64,000 bases of DNA, taken from NCBI GenBank assembly GCA_022709715.1, contig JAKLIH010000001.1:64225-128224 (forward strand), given 5' to 3'. Both the position numbers and the translations under genes were made by a program. Shown here piece by piece: positions 18,998-30,872 of the stretch. Within the stretch, counting starts at the first letter, position 1; every line of letters starts with the position of its first letter. The notes below the pieces were generated by a model, which was given only the letters and a program-made list of their open reading frames with translations, was not told where the DNA came from and did not search any database. The stretch is from Patescibacteria group bacterium (GTDB taxonomy: Bacteria > Patescibacteriota > Minisyncoccia > UBA6257 > JAKLIH01).

Positions 18998-19435
18998 ATG
19001 AAAGATAAAAAAGCAGGGGAAATTAATAAAGAGGTAATTAAAAAGATAACTGAAAGAAAAAAAGAAAAAGAACAACAGAAAGCAGCAGATTATCAAAAAA
19101 TGATTGATGTTATTATGAAAAAATTAGGATTAGATGAGAAAGACGTAGCTCTTGCGAGCCATTGCGAGTTAACATTTCGAACAACTGACAAGGGCACTTC
19201 AATTGATTATTCCGTAATTGAGGGAAAGATTAATGGTAAAAAAATAGAGATGGAAGAAAATGCATGAGAGAATGTTTATACTTGTAAAATTGATGGAAAA
19301 GATGTGGGAAACGATTTTGCTAAAAAGTTGTGAAATAAATATGTATCAATAGCACAAGTACAGACAAGAATAGCAGATAATAAATGTTTAGAAGATTATA
19401 TGTCAGATAAAGCAGCACAAGAATTACTTAAAGTA
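18998..19435 (+). CDS. hypothetical Lys/Glu-rich protein (145 aa)
   Basis: own TTGACA/TATAAT promoter at 18935-18962; two in-frame TGA; TAG stop. Confidence 0.55.
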
Positions 19436-19576
19436 GCACAAGAATTATTAAATTTACAATAGTTGTTGACAAACTTCTAATCTATGATATAATAAAAATA
19501 TAATAATGTTGATTAAACAGGTCGTCTTACGGGCGATCTGTTTCACAAAATTTTAATAAAATTATAAACTAAACTT

Positions 19577-20755
19577 ATGTTAGATCTACGTGATGTAAAG
19601 ACAGCTGTTAAGCAGTTGACTATGGAAAAAGGTTTTCCGGAAAATAAGATTTGGGAAATTATCGAATTGGCTATTGCTAGAGCTTATAAAAAAGAACACC
19701 TTAAAAAAGGTGAAATTATTAGAGCTAAAATTGATCAAGATACCGGTTCGGTCAAATTTTATAAAGTCATGATCGTGGTGGATAGCGAAATGCTAAAAGA
19801 TGAAAATGATGATGACCAAGATACTTATTTTGATGATGAAGAAAGCATTGATAATCCCGATAAAAAAATCCGCTTTAATCCCGATAAGCATATTATGTTA
19901 GAAGAAGCGAAAACAACCCACAAAAATGTATCGGTTTTGGATGAAATTGTTACGCCGCTAGAAGCTGATGAAACTTTTACTAGAATTGCTGCTCAATCGG
20001 CTAAACAAACCATTATCCAAGAAATAAGAGAATTAGAAAAAAACTTAGCTTTGGATGAATTTAAAGATAAAGAAAATGAATTGGTTTCAGGCACAATTCA
20101 AAGAATTGAGAATAATAATGTTTATGTGAATTTAGGTAAAGCTTCCGGTTTGCTTTTTGCCAAAGAAGCATTACCCAACGAAAGCTTTAGGATCGGTGAA
20201 AGAAAAAAGTTTTTAGCTTTAGGTATGAAAGAAGCCGGCGGGACATTGATGATTTTATTATCCAGAACTCACCCTTCGTTTGTAGAAAAACTTTTGGCTA
20301 TAGAAGTGCCCGAACTTCAAGAAAAAATAGTAGAAATAATGGCTACGGCTCGAGAACCAGGCTTTAGAACCAAAATTGCGGTTAAAAGTAATAATGATGA
20401 AATTGATCCAGTTGGAGCTTGTATCGGACCAAAAGGAGTAAGAATTAATGCTTTGGCCGACGAAATACCTTCTGAAAAAATTGATGTGATTGAATATTCA
20501 GAAGAACCAGCTAAATTTGTAGGTAATGCTTTGTCCCCTGTGACAATATCGGAAACAGAAATTATTCCGGAATCAAGAGAAATAAAAGTTTATGTTGACC
20601 CAAATTTACTTTCTGCCGCTATTGGTAAAAATGGTCAAAATGTTAGATTGGCATCTAAATTAACTGGTTGAAATATAAAAATTTATTCTTCGATCACATC
20701 CACTGAAGTTAAAACCGATAATGATGTCGAAGAAACCAGTGATAGTGAAAATTAG
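19577..20755 (+). CDS. nusA: transcription termination/antitermination factor NusA
   Basis: S1 and KH domains; TGA at 20669-20671 aligns with the Trp of the conserved LSGW motif. Confidence 0.95.
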
Positions 20756-20785
20756 AAATTAATAATTTGAAAATAAAAAAATATT

Positions 20786-22069
20786 ATGAAGAGCGAACAA
20801 AAACAATTATCAGCCAGTAAAATTGAAATCACTTTTGAATTTGAAAAACAAGATATTGATCCTTTTACGAAAAAAGCCGCTGAAAATTTATCAACTAATA
20901 TGAAAATTGATGGCTTTCGAGAAGGGAAAATACCTGAAGAGATTGTTAAAAAGACCGTTGGTGATATTGGTATTTGAGATGAAGCTTTACGCTTAACCAT
21001 CCAAGATCAATATCCAAAATATATAGAAGCAAACAACATCGGCATCATTGATCAACCCGATGTAGTAATTACGAAATTTGATCCTCAAACAACTTCGGAA
21101 TGCAAAATAACCGTTGAAATTATCCCATCAGTGCCATTAAAAAATTATAAAGAACAAGCTCAAAAAATTGCTAAAACTCGAAAAGATGTAAAAGTTGAAG
21201 ATAAAGAAATTGAAGATACCATTAAATGAATTTTGGAATCTAGAAGTAGTTTTACTGAACTAGACAGGCCAGCTGAAGAAAACGATATTGTGGATGTTAA
21301 CTATGATGTACTAGTTGATGATCAAACTCAAGAAGAGTTAAAAGCCATAAATTATAAATTTATTATTTCAAAAGAAGAAACTTTTCCGGAACTCAATCAA
21401 GGAGTTATTGGTATGAAAAAGAATGATATAAAAGACATACCAATAGTTTTTAAAAAAGATTTTTATATTGAGGCCTTAAAAGGCAAAAATGGTGTTTTAA
21501 AAGTAACTCTAAATAAAATTTTAAAAAGACAAATTCCCGAATTAACCGATGAATTTGTTAAAAGTTTAGGTAAATTTGAAAATGTGGATGCATTTAAGAA
21601 AAACTTAAATGATGGTATTTTACAAGAAAAACAAATGCAAGAAGAAGATAGAATAAAAGTTGCTATTTTAGATGAAATTCAAAAAGATGTTAGTTTAGAA
21701 TTGCCAGAAGTATTAATAAAACGCGAGACCGATAGAATGATTGATGAAATTAAACACCAAATAAGTCACATGAATATGGAGTTTGATGCCTATTTAAATC
21801 AAATTAAAAAAACCGAAGAGGATATTAGAAAAGATATTAGAGGCGATGCCGAGAAAAAAGTATTAAATGCCTTGATATTGCGAGAAATAATTAAATTGGA
21901 AAAAATTACCGTATCCCCTGAAGAAATTCATGAAAAATCTCAACAAATAATCAATGACTTGTCCTATCAAAACCCTAACGTCAAAGATATTGATATGGAA
22001 ACGTTAAATGGTTATAGCGAAGAAATTATAAAAAATGAAAAAGTATTTAAATTATTAATGTCTTTATAG
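20786..22069 (+). CDS. tig: trigger factor
   Basis: GFREGKIP motif; PPIase and C-terminal domains; two TGA. Confidence 0.9.
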
Positions 22070-22074
22070 ATTTA

Positions 22075-22520
22075 ATAAAAATCCCCCTCTTTTAAAAGTT
22101 GATTACAACTTTTTAAAAAAGGAGGCCAAGCTCCCTCCTTTAAAATCGCCCCCGACAACCAACCGAAGGTTGGTGTGGGGACTAGCAATATTTTTGCAAA
22201 ACAAAAATATTTGATACAAAAGCGATTTCTAAAGAAGGGGGTAAAACTCCCTCCTTTAAAACTCAAGCGTTTTTCAAACGCAAAGATTCAAAGGAGTTTG
22301 TAAAGAAGGGGGTAAAATATTTAACAAAAATACTCCATTTTACGAATCATAAATGGTTCTTAAAAGAGGGAGAGTAAACCCCCTCTTTTAAAAATTGGGC
22401 GATTAAAATCGCAATTAGGATAACTGAACAAAAAAGATTAATAAAATATTTAATAAAAATTCTCTCGATATAAAAGTTGTACCCTTAACAACTTTTAAAA
22501 GAGGGGGTAAATCAAAAATT
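22075..22520. repeat. block of CCCTCTTTTAAAA / TTTTAAAAGAGGG palindrome modules ending at the clpP SD
   Basis: modules homologous to 34740-34900 and 63136-63262. Confidence 0.8.
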
Positions 22521-23162
22521 ATGAATAAAAAAATTATGGCTCAGCTAATTCCAATGGTAGTAGAAAAAACACCATCTGGCTATGAACGGGCTTATGACAT
22601 TTATTCAAGATTGTTGCAAAATAGAATTATATTTTTGTCTGGGCCGATTGACGACGAAATGGCTAACACCGTTATAGCTCAATTATTATTTTTAGCTTAT
22701 GAGGATCAAAACAAGGACATCCAACTATACATTAATTCACCCGGTGGATCGGTAAGTGCAGCTTTAGCTATTTATGACACCATGCAATATATTAAACCTG
22801 ATGTTTCAACTATTTGTATTGGTATGGCGGCTTCAGCTGCAGCTCTAATATTGGCTTGTGGCGAAAAAGGAAAAAGATTGAGCTTGCCAAATTCAGAGAT
22901 ATTATTACATCAAGTGATGGGTGGAGCTGAAGGTCAAGCTAAAGATATCGAGATTTCCGCTAAACATATTTTGAAAGTAAAAGAAAAGGTTAATACCATT
23001 TTAGCTAAACACACCAATAAACCTTTGACTCAAATTGAAAAAGATACCGATCGAGATTTCTGGATGTCAAGTAAAGAAGCACTGGATTATGGCGTGATAG
23101 ATAATATTATTGGTATAAAAAAGAATGAAATGAACGTTGCGACCAAAAGAAATAAAAAATAA
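22521..23162 (+). CDS. clpP: ATP-dependent Clp protease proteolytic subunit
   Basis: full-length ClpP with Ser/His catalytic context (GMAASAA, HQ). Confidence 0.95.
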   Translation: MNKKIMAQLIPMVVEKTPSGYERAYDIYSRLLQNRIIFLSGPIDDEMANTVIAQLLFLAYEDQNKDIQLYINSPGGSVSAALAIYDTMQYIKPDVSTICIGMAASAAALILACGEKGKRLSLPNSEILLHQVMGGAEGQAKDIEISAKHILKVKEKVNTILAKHTNKPLTQIEKDTDRDFWMSSKEALDYGVIDNIIGIKKNEMNVATKRNKK

Positions 23163-23195
23163 AAAAACCGGTCAACGAATAGTTGACCGGTTTTT
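23161..23195 (+). terminator. clpP terminator
   Basis: ACCGGTCAAC-GAAT-AGTTGACCGGT followed by TTTTT. Confidence 0.75.
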
Positions 23196-23284
23196 AATTA
23201 TTAAATCTTTAGAATTAAAAGATAATCGCTAAAACATTTACTTAATATAAATAAAAAGACGATAACAAAACTAAATTGTCATAA

Positions 23285-24244
23285 TCAACGAATTTTATAG
23301 AAAAATCCATAGATCAATAATATTAAAGCAAAACCAATAAAAATACTATTAAACAAAAGCCAAATTGATTGATCATAAACTAATGTATAATAGTAAGGTG
23401 GATGAGTTACAAAATAATTATCAATCAAAATATAAGCATTGATTGGCATAGAAACTAACAAAAAAGCTATAAAATTTTCAAAATCGAACTTTTCAGTAAC
23501 TATTGATTTATAAATAAAATTATATAATAAAAGGCCGAGCGTTACTAAGAAAAATAGCACCAAGAAAAGACCATGTGCGTAGAAAGCATTATAGGCATAA
23601 ACACCGATATCAAAAAAATTAAAATTATCAAAAATATCAATTGTCAAAGCTAAAAGCACAATTGAGCCAACAATAATACTTAAAATTTTTCAAATGCGAC
23701 CAATGATTTTTAATTGTTGTTTTCTGTTAATTAATTCAGCTAACCCAAAAGTTAATCCACAAAAACAAAGTAACAAAAGAAGCTTAAGGATGGTGCCAGC
23801 GAATAAACGAATATCAAAAACCGTGATATCTAAATTAAAAATCATTATAGATCATGTCATAAACAATCCAAAGCTTAAAATGGCTACAATTTTAGATGCA
23901 TAATGATAGGCTAATGGAATAATGCCCATCAATCAAATTAAAACAAACCAATGATAATCAAATCGAATTTTGAACTTATCAAATAATAAAAACAAAATGA
24001 TATTAATTATTACTGGAAAGATAATCACTATTATTCCACCAAAAAAACCTAAAAATTTTTTTGAAATGTCAATAAATTTTTTGTGAAGCAGTATAGATAC
24101 AATACTAAAAATAATGATAGAAACACGAAGTGATAAAAATAAATTTTTTCAATTAAACAATACTACTACTAAAAGACAAACCCCTAATAAGCAAGATGTG
24201 ATATCAAAATGAGAAAATTGCAATGGTTTTGGTTTTTTAGCCAC
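23285..24244 (-). CDS. hypothetical polytopic membrane protein
   Basis: frame stays open from 23285 to the GTG at 24242-24244 when TGA is read as sense; hand-translated with no TAA/TAG; start uncertain. Confidence 0.55.
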
Positions 24245-24254
24245 AAAAATAAAA

Positions 24255-24926
24255 TTAAATTTTTCTTATAATGATAAAAGGTGTTAATTCATCGTCTTGA
24301 CCCATGGGATTATCAATTAAAATAGATCTGAGGGTTTTATTGTCAATGCTTACACCATCACTTTTAGCAATAATTTCAGTGTTGATATTGTTGCCATCTA
24401 TAATAATTGTTTTAATTTGAAGATTTTTTTCAATATTGTTGCAAGTTTCAGTTGGATTTTTAGGAGGAAGTATAGCATATTCAGTATATGGATACATCGC
24501 ATCGGGATTGAAACCATCGATTTCAGACACACGATTGCCGGCAATTTTTCAAAAATATCCTGGTTTACCAAAAAATTTCAAGATGCCCCCAAGTATTACA
24601 GCTAAAATCATCCGTGGATAGCCCGAAATATCAATGGCTACTTGCATTTTGGCAGGCAATGAAAATCCTATATCATTTGGATATTTTTTTACAAATTTAG
24701 TAATAATTTTTGATAACAAACTTACTTTAACACTAGAGATATGTCTCATATTGTTTTGGCAGACCGAAACTACTTTTTCAGAAATAGCTAAAGTATCGCT
24801 ATCTTTATAAGCCGGAGAAACATATTGATTAATAATGGTTTGCAAATTTTCACCGAAGCCAATTAAATGAGTTTTAATTAAAATCCGCTCAAATTCTCGA
24901 TTGTTAACATTTTTGAAAGAAGACAT
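24255..24926 (-). CDS. CofE/F420-ligase-like domain protein (putative)
   Basis: ORFs 24549-24926 and 24255-24530 in frame via one TGA; weak resemblance (AG..V.EIDGFN, GQDDELTPFIIIR). Confidence 0.4.
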
Positions 24927-25025
24927 AATAAATGTTTGTTTAAATACTTAATTAAATTATAACAGAAAAAATAATAAACTTCAACAAAAAATGCCTTTAC
25001 AAATAAAGGCATTTTAAAATGATTA

Positions 25026-25355
25026 TTAACGATTATCCCCAGAACCATGCAATAAATTTTTTTCCATTCTCTCTTGCAATTTTTTAAGATTGGTCTGGGC
25101 AATATCATCTAAAGATAAATTTAGTTCCGTGGCAACTTGGGCTAAATATCATAAAACATCTCCTAATTCTTTTTTTATATCATCAATTCTTGCTTGGTCG
25201 GCTACGCCACTATTATCGCGAATAATTTTTTTAATTTTTTCGGCAACTTCGCCAGTTTCACCACACAAACCAAGAGTTGGATAAATAAAATTATTGTTTA
25301 AATTTGGGTAAATGGCAGTTTGGCGAGATATTTTTTGATAATCATTGAAATCCAT
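25026..25355 (-). CDS. mazG: MazG-like nucleotide pyrophosphohydrolase
   Basis: GLCGETGE and ELGDVL-W-YL motifs; the Trp is TGA at 25149-25151. Confidence 0.8.
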
Positions 25356-25378
25356 GTTTAAGGTTTTATATTTTATTA

Positions 25379-25873
25379 TTAAATTTCAGCAAAAAATATC
25401 ATGTAGTTATGACCAAATTTTTTGGCACATTTTGGACAATAAGCATAATGAATATAATATTTTTTGGCTTTTTTGTTTATAGTATTTAAATATTGATCCA
25501 TTTGCTTGATATGTTTGGGAACATCGTTATAACCACCATCAAAAACTTTACTCATAAAAGTTCCCGAAATAGTAACATTATTTTCATTATCAATAGGGCT
25601 TTTAACTGTTAAATAAATTTCCGATTTAAAAGCCGAAGGATCGGCAAATAAAATTAATGTATCTTCTTTGTTATCTAAATTGGCGTTTACTTTTTCGGCA
25701 TGAGTAAACATTTTGGTTATTTTTTGACCAATCATCGGTGGAAAGGGCATATGAAATAATGTGGGTATGGTTTCTTTTATAAACATTTTATTATTTCAAA
25801 TAAACGTTTGGTTGTCTCATTTAGTAACATTAAGTTCGGGACAACATTGAGAATTTATTGGTTGATTATCCAT
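25379..25873 (-). CDS. hypothetical protein with N-terminal CC and C-terminal CPKC motifs
   Basis: ATG at 25871-25873; two TGA read-throughs join it to ORF 25379-25786. Confidence 0.6.
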
Positions 25874-25894
25874 AATTATTAGTTTAATTTTTTA

Positions 25895-26566
25895 TTAATT
25901 ATTAAGAAGAAAATATTTAATCATTAAAGATTTGGAATCTACGTGATCAATAATAAAATACTTTTTTAGTAATTTTTCAAATTGTTTATTTGTCGGTAAA
26001 TTATATCTAAATCTTTTAAGATAATTTTCAAATTTTACCATGGTTTTAAAACTGGAATGTTTCTGATTGGGAAAGTCAATAACTAATTTTGAGTTAGGTT
26101 TTAAAATTCTTTTGAATTCTTTTAAACATTTTTCTATATATATTATATCAAAATATTCTAAAACACCAATACAGGCCAAAATATTAAAAAAACCATTTTT
26201 AAAACCAGTTTTATCAGCTTGATAAACATATAAACCACCAATTTTGATTTTGTTTATTTTTGCGAACTTCTTAACAGCATTGATTAGTTTTTCACTAATA
26301 TCAATACCGTAATATATAGAAGGTCAATTATATAATTTATAGGTTATAAAATTTACATTAGACCCAACATCAAGAAATTTCATATTTCTTTTTGGATTAA
26401 GATATTTTTTAATATCTGGATCACTGCTATTACATTTTTTTATTTTTTTAAATTCTTTTGAATTTAAGAAGCTTTTTGGTAGTAAATCTAAATCTGAAAT
26501 ACCTTTGATATAATTATCAAAGGTTTGATTATAGGCTTTTTTTATAATTTTTATTTGTTGTAACAT
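25895..26566 (-). CDS. class I SAM-dependent methyltransferase
   Basis: LDVGSN motif I and GIDIS motif II; pieces in frame via TGA. Confidence 0.75.
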
Positions 26567-26619
26567 TATTATATTTTATTATAGTAGAATACCAAAAATA
26601 TAAATATTATTTTGAGTTG

Positions 26620-27336
26620 TTAAAATGGTTTTACTCAATTTGTATTAATCATTTCACGAATTCGATCTTTAATATCAAATTGTAAATTTACTCATTCGTT
26701 TAAGGAATTAGCTATTTCCAGTTTTAGTTCGTCTATGGCTTTATCTAATCCAGCTGAGCTCAATTGAACAGAAGGACTTCTATTATTCATTCTGCTAACA
26801 AGTTCGGTCAAATTATTTTTATAGATTAATGCTTCCTGCTCAAATTTATCATGAAATACATTAAATTTTGGCCCTAAAGATAAATTGTTTTGATTTATCC
26901 CAGCTTGTATATTATTAAGCTCTGCCAAAATTAACTTTATTTGATCTTTTGATTTTGGTTGTTGATTTTTAAGATCTAATTGACGCTGAGTATCAATTAA
27001 AACTTGCATATATTGGGCTTCTTGATATTTATCTTGAGCTTGAGCACCATAAAATTTATCGATTTTTTCTTTAAAACTATCCGATACAATGTCCATGGAT
27101 TTTAATTCTTCTAATATTTTAGCGGAATTTTTGGAAAGATTTTCTCACGATAAAAGAGAAATTTCAGTTTGATTTTGCTGAACCGTTTCTAAGTTCATGG
27201 TTTTAGTAGTAATTGTTTCTATAGCTAAGCCTTGTTTTTTAATGTTTTGTGATTTTAAATTACCTAATCACCAATAACCTCCAAATCCTAAAATAATAAT
27301 AACTAATAATATAATAATTATATGAGTCGTTTTCAT
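26620..27336 (-). CDS. hypothetical membrane-anchored coiled-coil protein
   Basis: N-terminal TM (IIIILLVIIILGFGGYWW); several TGA; hand-translated to the TAA at 26620. Confidence 0.55.
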
Positions 27337-27460
27337 AAATTTTTATTAATAATTTTATTAAAAATTTTGTAATTCGACTTTAAATTTATATCTTTCTTCT
27401 ATATATAGTAGAATATCAAAAATACATCAAAAAAACAATCAATTATTTGATTGTTTTTTG

Positions 27461-27907
27461 TTAGTTTTCTAATATTGCTTTTAATTTATCTATGAAAGCT
27501 CGTTTCCAAAATTTCATGGCAAACCAACCAACAAGAGGTTTGGCAATAATACGTAATAATGGCTTGTGAATATCAACTTGATAAATATAATTAATCATTG
27601 TGCCTACTTCGGTTTCTTTTAACATTAATTCTTCGTGTCCGGATGTGCCAATTATCGGGCTTTCGTTATCAGAAATAAAACCTTGATCTTGAATAATAGT
27701 TGTTTTCATTTTCACAGGAAATGTTTTTCCAAACGATTTTACTTGAGCATCAATTATCAAATTATTACCATTGCGACTAATTATATTTATTGATTTGGCA
27801 ACGGCTGGAAAATTTTTTGGCATCTTTTCAAAATCAGTAACAATATCAAAGACTCCCTTAATAGGAGCTTTTATTAATCATGAACCTTTTAAGTTAATTT
27901 GTTTCAT
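27461..27907 (-). CDS. SRPBCC (START/polyketide-cyclase-like) family protein
   Basis: typical length and pattern for the family; one TGA near the N-terminus. Confidence 0.6.
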
Positions 27908-28536
27908 AAATTGTTTTTCTTAAGTAATTTAAAATCTTTTTCTGTAAGAGGTTTCTTATATAACTCATTTACTAATCAAAGCCCTCCTTTTTGGATTTTT
28001 TCTTTTGGAGAATAAATGCCAAGCCAATTTTTTGAAGGTCTACAATTGGTACAAAGAGAAATAGTTGAGATAAATTTTGATTCTAAATCTAATCTATCTT
28101 TTTTATTATCAACTTGAATAACCACAAAACTAAAATTATTTTGAATGTATTTTGAAACTTCTTTTTCAATTGATTTTTGTTTTTCAAGATCAATTAAATT
28201 TAAATACTTATCTCTGGAAAGCTTAGAAGTTAAATCTAATTCTCAATATTTAAGAAAAGGATCGTTTATTTTATTTAAAATAGCTCTGCCAATATTTTTT
28301 CTAAAAATGCTTCTGTCTTTATTTTCGGTTAAGAAATGCTGTTTTAATCTTGATCTTAATTGATTAATACCTGTGTGGGTACCAACACGAACAATACGAT
28401 TTGCCCCATGAGCTTTTTCGCTTTTTTCAAATAAAATATAGATTCCATTTAAAGGAATCTCTAATTCATTAAAGGGAAATTTAAAAGTTTTAAGGGTATT
28501 AGCTCATTTGTGAAGTTGACCACAATTATTTTTCAT
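27889..28536 (-). CDS. GIY-YIG domain nuclease-family protein
   Basis: Hand translation gives GIYILFE...RIVRVGTHTG...LRSRLKQH. Not in the ORF track because of 4 in-frame TGA. Overlaps both neighbours. Confidence 0.65.
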
Positions 28537-28948
28537 GGTTTATTTTATTTTTTAAATATTGCAGTTGTTTCCCAATACTTAAACCTTCTAGAGGAATACT
28601 GCAATTTTTAAATTCATTTATAAGGTACTTTCTATATTTAATGCCAGCTAAAAATATTATTTTATCTTTGTTAAAGTCAATTTTTCTTTTCATTTGTTTT
28701 TTGACTTTTCCTGCCCAAACTTTAATTTCATTATTTTTCATCGTATTTAGAGTTTTGTTATATGTTTCTATTTGTTGGTTTAGATTAACTAAACCATATT
28801 TAGCCGAAAGAATAAAGATTTTATTAGGTTTAAATGTCTTGGCAAATATTAAATTAAGCTTGAATAGTGGACTGATATATAAATCCTTGGCTTTAGCTTT
28901 ATGATTTAATTTTTTACTAGCACAGGAAATCAAAACAATTTTGTTCAT
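28526..28948 (-). CDS. hypothetical protein (SCASKK ... ILSAKYGL motif, DUF6884-like from memory)
   Basis: intact ORF; overlaps the GIY-YIG gene start by 11 nt. Confidence 0.6.
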   Translation of the reverse strand: MNKIVLISCASKKLNHKAKAKDLYISPLFKLNLIFAKTFKPNKIFILSAKYGLVNLNQQIETYNKTLNTMKNNEIKVWAGKVKKQMKRKIDFNKDKIIFLAGIKYRKYLINEFKNCSIPLEGLSIGKQLQYLKNKINHEK

Positions 28949-29103
28949 AAATTTTATAATTAATTAGTGGAGAGGGAAGAATGTTGAAGAAATATTTAAG
29001 CGACAAATCAAATATATCTACATCCCAAATTTAAGTCCTTAAACTTAGTTTTATTATATCAAATTTTATTCCACCATTCAATTCACTATATTGTTTTTGA
29101 AGT

Positions 29104-29142
29104 AATAAAAACGAGTGTGTGCAGATTGCTCCACACACACCC
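29104..29142 (-). terminator. terminator of the 517-aa ORF
   Basis: minus strand GTGTGTGGAG-CAAT-CTGCACACAC then TCGTTTTTATT. Confidence 0.6.
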
Positions 29143-29162
29143 TTTGAGTTTGAATACGAGGT

Positions 29163-30716
29163 TTACTTATTGTAGTGATCGTTGTGCGGACCACTGACAA
29201 CCTCAACCTCATCGAAGGAGAGCTCTCGGTTAATGAGGACTACGGGCTGTTCATATCCGCCCTTGTACTCGCTAATCGGAACGATCGTACGACCTCTTGC
29301 GCGAGTGAAATCGGCAATCTCGGCGTTGGTAAACTGATCCCGACCCTTCTCCATTGCATCGCCGAGCTCCTTGCGTCGCTTTTCGTACTGCGCATGATCG
29401 GCGATGTAGATGTCGTTTGCTCGATTGGGTTTTATTCGGATCACGAAACGCTCGTTGCCTGACCATCGGTAATAGCCTGGCACTTCGAGCGAATTGACGG
29501 TCATTTCGGCTGTCACTTCACCAATACCACACCAGAGAAAGCCTTCGTAGGCGATCTTCGGCAAAGTGCCATCATCAGACACACCGAGCGAAACAAGACG
29601 ATGGCCGTTGCCCAACAGACCATAACGATCTGCCGGTTCGAGCTTCTCTGCATCATTCTTGCCCTGCTTGATTCGTTCCGCTTCGTCATAATCGCCGAAG
29701 CAGAAAAGTTGTCCGATGGACTCAGGAAAAGGAATCGGTTGCGGCGGAATGAACATGTCGATCTTTTCTGTTGGGATCGGACATAACATAATCGCTTGAA
29801 GTATGACATCGCGCAGGTATTGCTCGAACTCCCCCATAACCCCTGCAGTTGCGAAGAATTTTGGTTCGTCGCCCTCAGGATCATACTGGCGGCCCAAATC
29901 GTTTGTGTGAACCAAACACGGTGATCGACGACCCCGATGTGTGTGAGCCATTCGAGCTAACTCCTTAGTATCATCCATGAACATGGCGTTCAGGAAACCG
30001 ACGCCTTCAAAAGTGGCTCCTGCCGCTGCCTGACAGTTACATTCGCCCTTGTACTTGAGAAACATCTTCGGTTCGCCGTTAAGCTTACAGTTGACCTTCG
30101 AGCTATTCATGAACTTTTTGCGATCTCGCTTATAGTCGTTGCCAACATAGAGATAGAAAGTTGGCCCCGATTCGTCTTGATAGACGTGAAGCTCCTTCTT
30201 CGGAATCACAAGTTCGGTTACAGCTGCCGTGTCATTCCAGTGACCACCAGGTATGGTACGCTGCACTCGGCAAAACCAGAGTTTAAAATCCTGACCGCTG
30301 ATCTGTGAGACGAAACGGAACTTCTGAGCTCCACTTCCATACTTATAGAATTCAACGATGATGCCCGGCACCTGCCAGTTGCGCTTTTCGAGCTCACGAA
30401 CAATCTGCTCGCAAGTCGAATCAAACGGAAATTGTTGTACACTCGGATAGAGAAATTGTACCTGATTGCTCTTTTCTGCTTGCTCGTCAGACGGTCTAAA
30501 AAACCGTCCAATTTTTGCACGCCACCCAGCGCACTTTTTCTGAAGTTCCCCAAGCAATACAACACTGCCTTGTTCTGGCCACTCCTTCTCTCTCCAAACT
30601 GTGGGATCGAGTGAGAATGTCACCGAACCTTCAATTTGGTCTGAAGTTGCGACCGCGAAGGGGCCATGTTTGCCCTTAGGCACCACTTTCTGAACTACTG
30701 CTTTTAAATCATTCAA
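29163..30716 (-). CDS. orphan 517-aa protein, no domain recognised
   Basis: 1.55-kb uninterrupted ORF; 34/60 G+C counted at 29581-29640; TTG start 7 nt after AAGGAGG; 8 Trp all TGG; TAA stop. Confidence 0.8.
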   Translation of the reverse strand: MNDLKAVVQKVVPKGKHGPFAVATSDQIEGSVTFSLDPTVWREKEWPEQGSVVLLGELQKKCAGWRAKIGRFFRPSDEQAEKSNQVQFLYPSVQQFPFDSTCEQIVRELEKRNWQVPGIIVEFYKYGSGAQKFRFVSQISGQDFKLWFCRVQRTIPGGHWNDTAAVTELVIPKKELHVYQDESGPTFYLYVGNDYKRDRKKFMNSSKVNCKLNGEPKMFLKYKGECNCQAAAGATFEGVGFLNAMFMDDTKELARMAHTHRGRRSPCLVHTNDLGRQYDPEGDEPKFFATAGVMGEFEQYLRDVILQAIMLCPIPTEKIDMFIPPQPIPFPESIGQLFCFGDYDEAERIKQGKNDAEKLEPADRYGLLGNGHRLVSLGVSDDGTLPKIAYEGFLWCGIGEVTAEMTVNSLEVPGYYRWSGNERFVIRIKPNRANDIYIADHAQYEKRRKELGDAMEKGRDQFTNAEIADFTRARGRTIVPISEYKGGYEQPVVLINRELSFDEVEVVSGPHNDHYNK

Positions 30717-30804
30717 TTTATTTCCTCCTTCTTTCTTTTTTAATTTTAAGAATGTACACTACGCTCTCCGTAGTAGAGATTATCACCCATTGTGACGATA
30801 CTTA

Positions 30805-30872
30805 ATTATAACATTTTTAATATAAAATGTCAATGTTGCGCATCAAGTATGCTAAAATCTAGACGAAATATT
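30805..30872. promoter_or_regulatory. shared bidirectional promoter module, copy Y
   Basis: minus strand perfect TTGACA (30828-30833)-17-TATAAT (30805-30810); plus strand TGcTAAAAT within 30842-30872. Confidence 0.65.
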
